NCBI GenBank assembly: GCA_045589295.1
Contig: JAZNOU010000005.1
Span: forward strand, 96,001 to 160,000
Length of the DNA stretch: 64,000 nt
From: Clostridia bacterium
GTDB lineage: Bacteria; Bacillota; Clostridia; RGIG6154
Direction of reading: 5' to 3'
The position numbers and the translations under genes were made by a program. Below the pieces are notes generated by a model. It had not been told where the DNA came from. It was given only the letters and a program-made list of their open reading frames with translations, and ran no database searches. This document shows positions 31,183-40,889 of the stretch, piece after piece. Numbering within the stretch: position 1 is the stretch's first letter; each line of letters begins with the position of its first letter.

Positions 31183-31211
31183 TTTACTTAACAACAAATT
31201 TATGGTATTAT
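31183..31211 (+). promoter_or_regulatory. Host tRNA-Pro promoter upstream of attL
   Basis: TTTACT-17-TATTAT with TGn extension, 25 bp upstream of the tRNA 5' fragment. Confidence 0.6.
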
Positions 31212-31236
31212 ATTACTTGTTTGATAAATCATATTT

Positions 31237-31284
31237 CGAGGTGTGGCTCAGTTTGGTAGTACACCTTGGACACAGAGTATACTC
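31237..31284 (+). other. attL: 5' 23 nt of tRNA-Pro(CGG) joined to the element P' arm
   Basis: CGAGGTGTGGCTCAGTTTGGTAG identical to the tRNA at 31515, then TACACCTTGGACACAGAGTATACTC. Confidence 0.85.
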
Positions 31285-31333
31285 AATAAAATTTAATAAT
31301 TATCCATTCATTAACCAAAATGAATGGTATTAT

Positions 31334-31382
31334 CGGGAATTAGCGCAGTTTGGTAGTACACCTTGGACACAGAGTATACTCA
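31334..31382 (+). repeat. Second attL-like unit: 5' end of a different tRNA-Pro plus the same P' arm
   Basis: CGGGAATTAGCGCAGTTTGGTAG then identical arm; 37-bp exact repeat at 31249-31285 and 31346-31382. Confidence 0.8.
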
Positions 31383-31514
31383 TTATATTTTTGTCACTAC
31401 AAAAAAATTCGCCGTTTTTTGACCTTTCGTTCAAAATCGGAGTAGTCATTAAAATGCCTTGCCGTATTTGGCCGACTACAATTTATATTTTGAAAATTGA
31501 ATAAATAATAATAT

Positions 31515-31591
31515 CGAGGTGTGGCTCAGTTTGGTAGAGTACTTCGTTCGGGACGAAGGGGCCGCAGGTTCAAATCCTGTCACCTCGACCA
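31515..31591 (+). tRNA. tRNA-Pro (anticodon CGG), intact with encoded CCA
   Basis: Acceptor CGAGGTG/CACCTCG, anticodon arm CTTCG-TTCGGGA-CGAAG, T-loop GTTCAAATC, ACCA end. Confidence 0.97.
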
Positions 31592-31592
31592 T

Positions 31593-31634
31593 AAAAAGGG
31601 ATTGCTATTCAAAAGACGAATAGTAATCCTTTTT
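31593..31634. terminator. Bidirectional terminator between tRNA and recombinase
   Basis: AAAAAGGGATTGCTATTC...GAATAGTAATCCTTTTT. Confidence 0.8.
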
Positions 31635-31663
31635 TATTATATCAACCACTAATATTGATTTAT

Positions 31664-33316
31664 TTAAGAAGATAATGCTTGAAACCCTAATCCGTTTTCA
31701 AACTGTTCTAAGTTAATTTTGAAATTAACTGTTAATTCATACCCTTTCTTTACTGATATACTATCTATAAGATGTGCAACAATAATTTGTTTTGTTTGTA
31801 AATCAGCATTTTCATAAACATCAGCCCATTTGATAATGTTGTTATATTCTTGTTCTATTTCATAACAGTTTTTCTGTAGCTCCTCAAAGTCTGTTTCACA
31901 TCTTTGTACTTGTTCTAATAAAGGCTGTACTTCATTTTTCAATCTCTTTAGAATTTGAAGTAATTCTTTGACAACTTCATCAAATTGAGATGCACTTACA
32001 ATCTTACTTTCTATTGAACGAATTTCATCTTGCTTTTTTCTATACAAATTCTTTGCTTGATTAAGACTACCTTGTATCCGTTTCCATTCTGTTTGATATT
32101 TGTAATTGATAAACTCACCGCTTTGCAAGGCTTTTGTACGTCTTAAAAGTTGTTTTATCATATCATCAATTACATCATCAATTTTATATGCTCTATATTG
32201 TGTTTGAGCTTCATCACTTACACAGATTTTTTCTTTCTTTCCTTCATACAAGCGATTTTCACAAACATATGTCGGTATACGTGGATTATCTTCGCTGATT
32301 GGTTTATGACCATTTAACCTTGTTGATTTTGTTCGCAATTTAGCTCCGCAACAATCACAATGTATAATTCCTGACACAAGACCTTTTCCAAAAGTGGGAA
32401 CATCTGATACATCATTACAAGACATAGATATTTTTTCCTTTATCTCGGTATCTTTTGAACGTCGTTCGCATCTCAATTTTTGCACAAATTCAAAAACAGA
32501 TGGTTTAATTATTTGCAAGTGTGGATGAATTTTAGATACTGTTTCACCACTTTTCAGTACACCTGTATATGAAATATTATCAAGAATACTGTTAATTGTA
32601 GATTGCCCGAATAGTTTTCCTTTTTTATTTTTTATACATCTTCTTGCTAATTCATTGGAAATCTTTCTTGCTCCCCAAAAATTCTCATATGCTAATTGAA
32701 ATATCAGTTTGACAACTTCTGCTTCATATGAGTCAATTTCCAAATCGTAGACCTCTCTGTTTTTATGATTAATAGTTCCTTTCTTAACAATCTTATAACC
32801 ATAAGGAATATACCCACCTGCATATAATCCATCTTCAACCATTTGTCCTCGTTTCTTGCGTACTCTTGTACTTGTCTTAGCTGATTCACCAGAGCTTTGC
32901 CAGAAACGGATATAATTTATTAGGTTATCAACATGATTTTCAAACTTTTGTTGTCCTTCGACTACACTCCAAACCTCAACCCCTTGTTCAACAAACCATT
33001 TTAAGACAAAAGGAGTTTCACTTTCTATACGTCCCAACCTGTCAAACATAAAGACAAGGAGGATATCAAATTCTTTGCGTAGAGCCTCATCTTTTAATTC
33101 TGTGATTTTATCTCTGTCTTTAGCCGACACCTTGTATCCTGATATGCCTGTCTCAACCTTTTCATCAATTAAAATCCAATCGGGGTGCAATGAAATAAAT
33201 TTACGACATTCTCGGCTCTGTAAAGGTATGTCATATTTATTATTTTCTTCATCAACTAATGTTGCACATTGTTTTAATGTACTGTTACGATACAAAGTCT
33301 TTACTCGTTTTTTCAT
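31664..33316 (-). CDS. Large serine recombinase (integrase)
   Basis: LYRNST catalytic Ser motif, DRLGR, GGYIPYGY, zinc ribbon CDCCG..YVC, coiled coil; ATG 33316 after GGAGGGG. Confidence 0.93.
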   Translation of the reverse strand: MKKRVKTLYRNSTLKQCATLVDEENNKYDIPLQSRECRKFISLHPDWILIDEKVETGISGYKVSAKDRDKITELKDEALRKEFDILLVFMFDRLGRIESETPFVLKWFVEQGVEVWSVVEGQQKFENHVDNLINYIRFWQSSGESAKTSTRVRKKRGQMVEDGLYAGGYIPYGYKIVKKGTINHKNREVYDLEIDSYEAEVVKLIFQLAYENFWGARKISNELARRCIKNKKGKLFGQSTINSILDNISYTGVLKSGETVSKIHPHLQIIKPSVFEFVQKLRCERRSKDTEIKEKISMSCNDVSDVPTFGKGLVSGIIHCDCCGAKLRTKSTRLNGHKPISEDNPRIPTYVCENRLYEGKKEKICVSDEAQTQYRAYKIDDVIDDMIKQLLRRTKALQSGEFINYKYQTEWKRIQGSLNQAKNLYRKKQDEIRSIESKIVSASQFDEVVKELLQILKRLKNEVQPLLEQVQRCETDFEELQKNCYEIEQEYNNIIKWADVYENADLQTKQIIVAHLIDSISVKKGYELTVNFKINLEQFENGLGFQALSS

Positions 33317-33464
33317 TGCTCCCCTCCATGAACATTTTTTCCAATAGTAGTTTTCCAACAGAGTTTTCTGCACTAATATTTCTATCTTCTGAAAAATTTA
33401 CTGTGATTGTTAATCCGTTGATAGTCATTTTTGTAGTGTTATCTGATTGAACATTCTTAATCAT
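33285..33464 (-). CDS. 59-aa TnpW-like small protein (candidate recombination directionality factor)
   Basis: Manually translated MIKNVQSDNTTKMTINGLTITVNFSEDRNISAENSVGKLLLEKMFMEGSNEKTSKDFVS; GAGGTG RBS; overlaps recombinase start. Confidence 0.6.
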   Translation of the reverse strand: MIKNVQSDNTTKMTINGLTITVNFSEDRNISAENSVGKLLLEKMFMEGSNEKTSKDFVS

Positions 33465-33762
33465 CTAACACCTCACCCCCTACACTATCAGACAGAGGGA
33501 GTGAAACTTTTTTATTATATACTGAATCATAAAGAAAGTACACCGTTTTTTTATGATTTATAAACTTTATATTTTGTTTCATAACAAACGCTCCTTATCC
33601 GTTATAAAGCGTTTGGAATGTATTTTGTATGATTATTTATTATTGTTGAGTAAATACATACCTCAACGTGCTTTAATGTGTATTTAAACATTCAAATTTA
33701 TATTGTTAATAGTTGATTTAGGTTATATGGGCGGTTTTTATACCGCCCATATTTTCAGAATT

Positions 33763-34203
33763 CTAAATCAACAATCCGTTCTCATCAAAAAGTTTCCATG
33801 CATTTTCCGAATTTTCTGCTTCGTAATACTCAACAATCGCAGTAATCGGAAAAATGGTTTTTCCATCCTGATATATTTGCACAACTCTTTGTGTCTCAAT
33901 TTCAGAGGTAGTCATATAATCAATATCAGAAAAAAACTTCTTACATTTGGCATGTGAACTTACAAACCCAACACCGCTTGGAATATCAAGAGAAAAAGAA
34001 TCTACTTCTTGCTCTTTGACATCTCCAACATATGTGATTAGACACGCTCCACCATTGAAAATACATATTTCTGATATGTTTGTATCTTTAATATCGGAGT
34101 TTGTGTCACTTGTTACAACGACATATTCTTTTAAAATTTCGTTATTTAGTTTGTTTTCTTTATCATCAATCAAACTAATTCTTTTTACTTTACTTATATC
34201 CAT
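33763..34203 (-). CDS. Hypothetical protein
   Basis: 146-aa ORF, AAGGAG RBS, third gene of rep operon. Confidence 0.7.
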   Translation of the reverse strand: MDISKVKRISLIDDKENKLNNEILKEYVVVTSDTNSDIKDTNISEICIFNGGACLITYVGDVKEQEVDSFSLDIPSGVGFVSSHAKCKKFFSDIDYMTTSEIETQRVVQIYQDGKTIFPITAIVEYYEAENSENAWKLFDENGLLI

Positions 34204-34205
34204 AC

Positions 34206-34565
34206 TTATTTATCTCCTTTATTACTTTTTGTTTTAAATATATTTTGATTTTCCCATTCCTCTTTGTGAACATATTCATTTTCAAATCCGATACAATTTG
34301 ATAGAATATGTTCTTCGTCAATGACAGGTTCATAACCAATCATCATTAAGAATTGTTTAATGAACCAATACGGAGCTTTTATTTCAAATCCTTGTATCAT
34401 TCCGTTTTTAACATTCGGTTTGACTTTATATTTCTTCCTCGATTTTGGAACAAATAAATTTTTCTTTACCATTATTCCAGCATAAAAATCATCAATATTG
34501 GCGGTTGCCATATCATCATAATTTAATCTGAAAAAATTGCAAAAATTATAATTGAAATTTTTCAT
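34206..34565 (-). CDS. Hypothetical protein
   Basis: 119-aa ORF overlapping the rep stop. Confidence 0.65.
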   Translation of the reverse strand: MKNFNYNFCNFFRLNYDDMATANIDDFYAGIMVKKNLFVPKSRKKYKVKPNVKNGMIQGFEIKAPYWFIKQFLMMIGYEPVIDEEHILSNCIGFENEYVHKEEWENQNIFKTKSNKGDK

Positions 34566-35406
34566 AATCTCTATAACCTTTCTTATTATTAAAATATTTT
34601 TTTGTAATGATATTTACAATGTTATCATCTCTTGAAACCTCATAAGAATCATTTTTGTATTCTATAAGGTTATTTGATTCAGCTAATTTCAAAGCTGAAT
34701 CATAAGACATTTGGGACTTTTGAGGGCGGTTTATTTTCCCTCTGCACCTAAACACTTTTTCATATTGCTTATAACAACTTAATCTCATCATTTTTTTATT
34801 GTTGTGAAATGGATTTAGGTAGTCTATTAATCCGTCAATATCATAAATTGGTCGAAAATCGACTTGTCCATTTTTCCACAATGATTTAATTTCAAGTTCA
34901 GACAAGGTCATTTTTTGGTTGTCACATCTTTTCAATAGCAGATGGATGTGAGGATTATAATTTGTTTTAAATCCTTGATATTCAACGACAAACATAGCTT
35001 TGTATAATTTGTGATTATCAACAAACCGACAAAACCTCCCCCAAAAGTTTTTTATGTCTTTTGTAACAGAATTATCTTCTGCTACTTTTCTGTTGTAAGT
35101 CAGAGTGATAAGCCCCTCTGAACTATCACCATTGAAATTAAGTGATATTAACAATGACAAGTCAAGAAAAGTATTTCGTAATGAATTAATATTCCGCTTA
35201 TCATTTAATGATTTGTCAATGGTTTTTATCTCTCCTGTGGTAGTGTTTAAATACTGATTATTAGATATTTTTCTATATCCCACATCCTCACCACTTCGTT
35301 TATGAGATATTAACATATATTTCTCAGAAAAATATACTGTTACAATATCATCTTTATCCAATGGTTTATCCGTTGTTCTTACAACTGAAATTTGATTATG
35401 GTTCAT
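34546..35406 (-). CDS. HUH-family rolling-circle replication initiator-like protein
   Basis: Motif I LITLTY, motif II HIHLLL preceded by VVEYQ, LW..GQVD then candidate catalytic Tyr in LIDYL. Confidence 0.7.
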   Translation of the reverse strand: MNHNQISVVRTTDKPLDKDDIVTVYFSEKYMLISHKRSGEDVGYRKISNNQYLNTTTGEIKTIDKSLNDKRNINSLRNTFLDLSLLISLNFNGDSSEGLITLTYNRKVAEDNSVTKDIKNFWGRFCRFVDNHKLYKAMFVVEYQGFKTNYNPHIHLLLKRCDNQKMTLSELEIKSLWKNGQVDFRPIYDIDGLIDYLNPFHNNKKMMRLSCYKQYEKVFRCRGKINRPQKSQMSYDSALKLAESNNLIEYKNDSYEVSRDDNIVNIITKKYFNNKKGYRDYEKFQL

Positions 35407-35577
35407 ATCAATACAATCACCCTCTAAATTTATTTTCTGTCAGTTTAACGCGTCCGTTAAATTGTTCAGAATGTTATGTGGTAATTACCCTGTCTTTATA
35501 ATAGCATAGAATGAAAAATAATAATATTGACAAATTTTCCTTTAAATTATATAATGTAAATGCAGGAAAAATAAGAG

Positions 35578-36564
35578 GTGAAATATATGAATGAAACAGA
35601 GTTTAAAGGACTATATTATGTTTTTGAATATGATATTGATGCGGGATATATGATTGAATATGTTTCCCCTTGTAATTTGGTTGAATCAAATGGAAACTAT
35701 ATTTATGAAGATACTTGTATTGCAGCTAATTTTACAACTTTATTTTTATGTAGCTATGGTTATTTATCGAAAAAATTCAACAATATAGACACCAAAATCT
35801 TTGACAAGAACTTAAAACAATCACCTCAATTATTAATTATGTTAAAAGACTCTTGTAAAGAAAGTAATATTAAAAGAACAAAAATTGATTTTGAGAACAT
35901 AGAAAAATTTTTAAAAAATACAGATTGTCATAACTTATCAGCTCTAAATTATTTTTGTAGGTTTGCAAACAAAAAAATACCTTCAGCCATTGAAGATGTT
36001 TATAGAGATATACCTTTATTAAAATCTGACAATAAAGCATTCAACTATTTGAAAGACAATATCAAATATCAAAAGAGTAACGATTTAATAGTTGAAGCTG
36101 AAAACAGATTGGGAACCCAATCCTTTCAAAGAATTTACAAAATACTAGATCCAATGGATTTATTTTTAGTAACTTTAGATATTCTATATCAATTAAACTG
36201 GACTATAAAGTTTTGTAAAAATTGTGGACTTCCATTTCTAGTTACCAAAAGGAAGAAAACATTATATTGTTCATATAACAACAACTCTTGTAAAATAGAG
36301 GGCAGAAAAGAAAAAGAAAGAAATCGTTATATAAATAATGAGAGAAACAGACTTTACAGAAATATTAATGGAAAATTTAGTTATAGAGCAATACATTGTA
36401 GAGGACATGAAGATGAATGGGAATCTCTTCATTCTATTTTTCTTAATACAATTTATGATAACAAGAAAAACAAAAATATTATTATATGGTTGAGAAATAT
36501 CGATTCACTATTTAATCTTCATAAAACCGAACTTTTTGAATTACCTGACATCAACTCAATATGA
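35578..36564 (+). CDS. Hypothetical protein with C-terminal zinc-finger (DUF6076-like)
   Basis: CKNCGLPF...YC...SC motif; TTGACA/TATAAT promoter upstream, divergent from rep. Confidence 0.65.
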   Translation: MKYMNETEFKGLYYVFEYDIDAGYMIEYVSPCNLVESNGNYIYEDTCIAANFTTLFLCSYGYLSKKFNNIDTKIFDKNLKQSPQLLIMLKDSCKESNIKRTKIDFENIEKFLKNTDCHNLSALNYFCRFANKKIPSAIEDVYRDIPLLKSDNKAFNYLKDNIKYQKSNDLIVEAENRLGTQSFQRIYKILDPMDLFLVTLDILYQLNWTIKFCKNCGLPFLVTKRKKTLYCSYNNNSCKIEGRKEKERNRYINNERNRLYRNINGKFSYRAIHCRGHEDEWESLHSIFLNTIYDNKKNKNIIIWLRNIDSLFNLHKTELFELPDINSI

Positions 36565-36852
36565 GTTTATGGTTGTGTATTAATAAAACATTGTGAATTT
36601 TTATGAAATTAAAGAAATATATATATTTCTTACTATCAGTCTGTGATGTTTTGATGATGAATTTATGTGTTATATACATGGTATATAACATTCATTTTGT
36701 TATACATATTTATATATTTTTAATATAACAATGAGTCACTTGTATCCATATAATAATTAAAGAGATTTTTTAAAGGGTTGCAGTATTTCTGTAATCCTTT
36801 ATTATTTTTCATTAAAATAAAATTATAAAATTTATATTTTGGAGATGATATT

Positions 36853-37065
36853 ATGATAAAAGTTATTGAAGATTTACAGAATGACAAAATGAAAAACATT
36901 AACAAGAATATTAACACAGTTATTTGCAGATTAAAAACAATACAAGAGAACTTACAATTCACCGCTAAGAAATATGATTTGGAAACATTGTATGACATTT
37001 TATCCCAGATATACGATGACCTTGGTGATTTTAACATTTCAGTATATGATGAAGACAACGTGTAA
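36853..37065 (+). CDS. Small hypothetical protein
   Basis: 70-aa ORF, GGAG RBS. Confidence 0.5.
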   Translation: MIKVIEDLQNDKMKNINKNINTVICRLKTIQENLQFTAKKYDLETLYDILSQIYDDLGDFNISVYDEDNV

Positions 37066-37081
37066 ATTGGAGGTGGTAGTT

Positions 37082-37264
37082 ATGAATAATGAAAAAAGAA
37101 TAAACAATTCATTTATAAATGATATAATGTTCGCAAAAGAAGCAATAAAGACTCTACAAGACTCAATATATCGATATTACCCTGAAAACTGTTTTGAAGT
37201 CCTCCCATTACTTCACAAATCTTATGATAATCTTGCATTAACAATTTATCGTTTAACAAAATAA
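37082..37264 (+). CDS. Small hypothetical protein
   Basis: ATG 37082 after GGAGGTG; in frame with track ORF 36974-37264. Confidence 0.5.
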   Translation: MNNEKRINNSFINDIMFAKEAIKTLQDSIYRYYPENCFEVLPLLHKSYDNLALTIYRLTK

Positions 37265-37400
37265 ATTAATATGTTCAAAGTGCATAAACTCACCTTACAA
37301 ACGACTTTATTAACCTTTTTATATAAACCTTATTATTAAAATATTAAGTTTGTTTTAAATGGGTTTGAGTGATTAAAGCATAATTTAAGTATAACCACAA

Positions 37401-37438
37401 AAAAGACAGGTTGCCTATCATTGACAACCTGTCTTTTT
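37401..37438. terminator. Bidirectional terminator
   Basis: AAAAGACAGGTTG...CAACCTGTCTTTTT. Confidence 0.75.
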
Positions 37439-37556
37439 CCTATTTCGATTATGCCAAATTATTCTTCTTTATTATTCCCCACTTTTATTAAAAAGGTTTC
37501 TATTCCCATAATAGTCAGCCCCAACCAGCAAAAGCTCTAATATCCCTGTATAAACA

Positions 37557-38108
37557 TCATCTGTACATTTGAGTTGCAATATCTGTAATCAAAACACAAG
37601 CAGTCATACTATCCTGAATACTTACAGAATCTGTGCAAATCTCTTGATAATCAAATGTGCTACCATAATACTTTGCAGAAGCCTCAGGGACAATTGTTTT
37701 ATCAGCATTTATTGAAAACAGATATACATATGTAAAATCTTCTTTTGTGGAATAATCCTTTGCTGAAGCGATACATACATTAACACTTAATTCTCCATAA
37801 TATTTATCATTATCATAAACGAACTCACTATCTTGAATTATTTTTTCTATAAAACTACTATCTTCTTTTATTTTCTCTTCACTCCATGATGTTGAAACCA
37901 TCGTCATTATTTTGTCATTTTCGTCATTATAAGAGTCCATTTTCTTTACAAAATCAGATACCGTTTTCATTTCATATGAATTATCTTCAGCAAAAATTTG
38001 ATAATCTTCGACCGATGTTATAAATTCTTCATTTGTTACCCCACATCCAGTTACATTAATCAACACCAGCAAACATAGTAACAAAATGCTTATTTTTTTT
38101 GAATACAT
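37557..38108 (-). CDS. Putative lipoprotein
   Basis: MYSKKISILLLCLLVLINVTGC lipobox; GGAGGG RBS before ATG 38108. Confidence 0.7.
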   Translation of the reverse strand: MYSKKISILLLCLLVLINVTGCGVTNEEFITSVEDYQIFAEDNSYEMKTVSDFVKKMDSYNDENDKIMTMVSTSWSEEKIKEDSSFIEKIIQDSEFVYDNDKYYGELSVNVCIASAKDYSTKEDFTYVYLFSINADKTIVPEASAKYYGSTFDYQEICTDSVSIQDSMTACVLITDIATQMYR

Positions 38109-38124
38109 CCGTAATCCCTCCCTA

Positions 38125-38355
38125 TTATTGTGCACGTCTAACACACTCTTCACAATATGATAAGGTGTTTATTAATGAGCCTCTATTTTTACAACTATTA
38201 TTTGCACACTTATGCAAAGTACAGTAATTAGACCCCAATGGACTTCTTTCAGATGGGCATCCCGAGACGGAACAATATTTTACTCCGCAGCCTGAAAGCA
38301 AAATCAACAGTATTGATAATAATACCATAGTTAAAATAAACGATGTTTTTTTCAT
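38125..38355 (-). CDS. Small cysteine-rich lipoprotein
   Basis: LLSGC lipobox then CxxxxC/YCxxHxC/YCxxC repeats; AAGGAGG RBS. Confidence 0.7.
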   Translation of the reverse strand: MKKTSFILTMVLLSILLILLSGCGVKYCSVSGCPSERSPLGSNYCTLHKCANNSCKNRGSLINTLSYCEECVRRAQ

Positions 38356-38396
38356 ATGTAGTTCCTCCTTAGCTAATAAAATAATTTTATTAAAAA

Positions 38397-39596
38397 TTAT
38401 TCGACTTTCTTCATAGTTGCTTGTGTTTTCCCTACAGATTCTATTTCATACTTAAACCCATTTTCTATTCTTACATGATTATCGTATTGAACATTCCCCA
38501 TTTTGAATATAATCTTGTCTCCATTCACTCTGTATGGAATTACTATTATATCCTGTCCACGTAGAATATCTGCCTCTTTCGATGTGTCTTCGGGTCTATA
38601 TGTAGAAAAGTCAATAGTAAATGTTCCGTTGGTTTTATATTCCCATATTGAGCCGTCAGGATTTTGCCATTTACCTATAATAGCTTTTTCTAAAGGCAAT
38701 TTCGTTTCAGTAGGTTGATATGTTAAATCTTTTTTAGGATATATATAGATGTATCGTTTATTATCATCAGAACTATATGTATAGAAACAAACATTTCCTA
38801 CAACAGCAATAGCTTTTTCTTCATTATCAATTATGGATTCTTTTAATACAGACCAAATCTTGTTTTCATAAAGACTTTCATCCAATTCAGGAAGCAAAGC
38901 CATAGAGATAAACTTGGTTTGTTCTCTTATGACATCTTTTTCGCTTGTCGACATATTATTGTATACATCATTATCAATTTTCCAAATTACACTGCTAATA
39001 TGATTTGAAAACTCATCTACGTAAACTCGTTGTTCGCTTATTACTGACGGAAAAAAGTTACGTGTTATCTTTGTACCATTATCATTTGTATAAAATCCTT
39101 CTATAGTTGAACTATAAAACGATGGAATAGTATATTTTGAGCTATTTGTATAATGTTCAGCTTCGACATAATAATTGTAATTGTCAATAAAATCCTCATA
39201 ATCAATATCAAAATACCTTTCACCATTTTCATCAACATTTATGTTAGCAAATCTATCAATACTTTTTGAGGCAGTTTCCAACTTATTGTTTTGTTGCGAC
39301 ATAGTTGCACCATTGTTATAATTATTCTGACCCACTTCTTTATTAGATTTGTTATTCAATGGTGTATTTAACCTCCACGCAACCAAAGCACATATTATCA
39401 AAATGCATGTAGTTATTATAGTGTTTATAATCACTCTTTCTTTCTTTTTCCTCAATGCTGACTGCTTATCCTCATTTTTTTCGAGGGTGTTTGTGTAAGC
39501 ATACACTTTGCCACATTCCGAACAGATATATCGTCCGTTGTAATTTACTATTTTCCCTTCACACTTAGTACAGATTAAAGATTTAATTTCTTGCAT
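38397..39596 (-). CDS. Zinc-ribbon, single-TM membrane-anchored protein
   Basis: CTKC..CSEC, one TM helix, C-terminal IIGKW lipocalin-like motif. Confidence 0.7.
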   Translation of the reverse strand: MQEIKSLICTKCEGKIVNYNGRYICSECGKVYAYTNTLEKNEDKQSALRKKKERVIINTIITTCILIICALVAWRLNTPLNNKSNKEVGQNNYNNGATMSQQNNKLETASKSIDRFANINVDENGERYFDIDYEDFIDNYNYYVEAEHYTNSSKYTIPSFYSSTIEGFYTNDNGTKITRNFFPSVISEQRVYVDEFSNHISSVIWKIDNDVYNNMSTSEKDVIREQTKFISMALLPELDESLYENKIWSVLKESIIDNEEKAIAVVGNVCFYTYSSDDNKRYIYIYPKKDLTYQPTETKLPLEKAIIGKWQNPDGSIWEYKTNGTFTIDFSTYRPEDTSKEADILRGQDIIVIPYRVNGDKIIFKMGNVQYDNHVRIENGFKYEIESVGKTQATMKKVE

Positions 39597-39744
39597 TACT
39601 TCTCCTCCTTAAACTTTATTCTTAAAAACCTTTCTCATATTATATCACACACTTTTTCGACATGCAACTATTTTTTAGTTCATATTTTGACTATATCGTT
39701 AAATAATAATATCAGTTAAAATTATATTATATGGAGGTGTTAGT

Positions 39745-39918
39745 ATGGATTTTATAATAAAAAAACCTACAAGTTCAAACCGAACAGTCAGAATGCCTGA
39801 TGAGTTGATTGACAAAATTGGCAAACTCGCAAATGACAAGGGTATTTCCTTTAATCAGTTAGTTATTCAATGTTGCGAATTTGCATTGGAACACTTAAAC
39901 GATAAGGAAAGCAAGTAA
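39745..39918 (+). CDS. 57-aa ribbon-helix-helix DNA-binding protein
   Basis: Manually translated MDFIIKKPTSSNRTVRMPDELIDKIGKLANDKGISFNQLVIQCCEFALEHLNDKESK; GGAGGTG RBS; below track cut-off. Confidence 0.75.
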   Translation: MDFIIKKPTSSNRTVRMPDELIDKIGKLANDKGISFNQLVIQCCEFALEHLNDKESK

Positions 39919-39943
39919 TATAACCAGCTCCTTCTATGTGTGG

Positions 39944-40738
39944 TTATATCCAATCTTCAAGTTCAGATACCATCCCTTTTTCAAAGGATTCCTTTTGAAA
40001 AGGGATGGTTTTTTGTTCTGTCTCATTTTCTTTGATTGCTGTAACCTTTAACTCTACTTTTACAGAATCATATTTATTTTCCATAATGACATTTCCATAG
40101 GAGTCAATTATACCAATCCCATTTTCCCCCTCTGTGATATTGCAAACATTTTGACGGTTAATAACAATCGGATGGTTAAATATTTCCTTATACACCTTAT
40201 ATTCACCCTCTTGTGGATACAGATATGTACTATATCTTGCATCATAAAATACAGGTCCTTTTTCCGTATTTCCACAAAAGCAAAAACAAGACTCACTATA
40301 TGAGGTATATTCCTTTTTATAAATCTCTTTGCCCAATTCTCCGTATAAGATATACTGATACTTTTCATCTTTGCAATATAAAAACGGAGTTTCAACAACA
40401 ATGTCAACAAAATCCCGTGCTGTGTTTGTTGCTGAATTATAGTATCTTACTTTTTGGTCGTTACTGAAAATCAAATCATGACCGAATGTATCCAGCGTGT
40501 CATACTCACTTTCAGCAATAAAACATACTTTGTCTGTTTCTATTCTGACCGCTCCGATTTTACCTTTTTTATGTATAACAAATACGTTCTTTCCATACAT
40601 AAAAATATTATCATACTCAATTGGTAAAATACATAAGTTGTCAGTAAGGTTTTTAATTCCCATCATCCCGTTATCAGATATAACTTTAATACTGTTTAAA
40701 ACTGATTTTTCAAACACATTCCTTCTGCTAAATAACAT
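39944..40738 (-). CDS. WG-repeat-like protein
   Basis: Repeats such as MMGIKN..ILPIEYD, KIGAV..SEYD, GIGIIDSYGNVIMENKYD. Confidence 0.6.
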   Translation of the reverse strand: MLFSRRNVFEKSVLNSIKVISDNGMMGIKNLTDNLCILPIEYDNIFMYGKNVFVIHKKGKIGAVRIETDKVCFIAESEYDTLDTFGHDLIFSNDQKVRYYNSATNTARDFVDIVVETPFLYCKDEKYQYILYGELGKEIYKKEYTSYSESCFCFCGNTEKGPVFYDARYSTYLYPQEGEYKVYKEIFNHPIVINRQNVCNITEGENGIGIIDSYGNVIMENKYDSVKVELKVTAIKENETEQKTIPFQKESFEKGMVSELEDWI

Positions 40739-40889
40739 AATATCCTCCCATTTTTATAATTGTAACTGCCATTTTTATAAATATAAACCAAGAGCACATA
40801 AATGTACATAGCCAAGTTACAAAAAAGACCGCCTATGTAATTATACTTTTAACTACATAGAAAGTCTTGGACATTTTGTCCACTTTTGT

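Noticed and set aside
31249-31382. 37-bp exact direct repeat suggesting a mini CRISPR array
   Set aside because: Only two copies, 60-bp spacer, repeat consists of tRNA D-arm plus att arm, and no cas genes in the window.
31202-31504. 100-aa ORF across the att region (likewise 47155-47391)
   Set aside because: Overlaps tRNA fragments and att arms, no RBS; repeated peptide only mirrors the DNA repeat.
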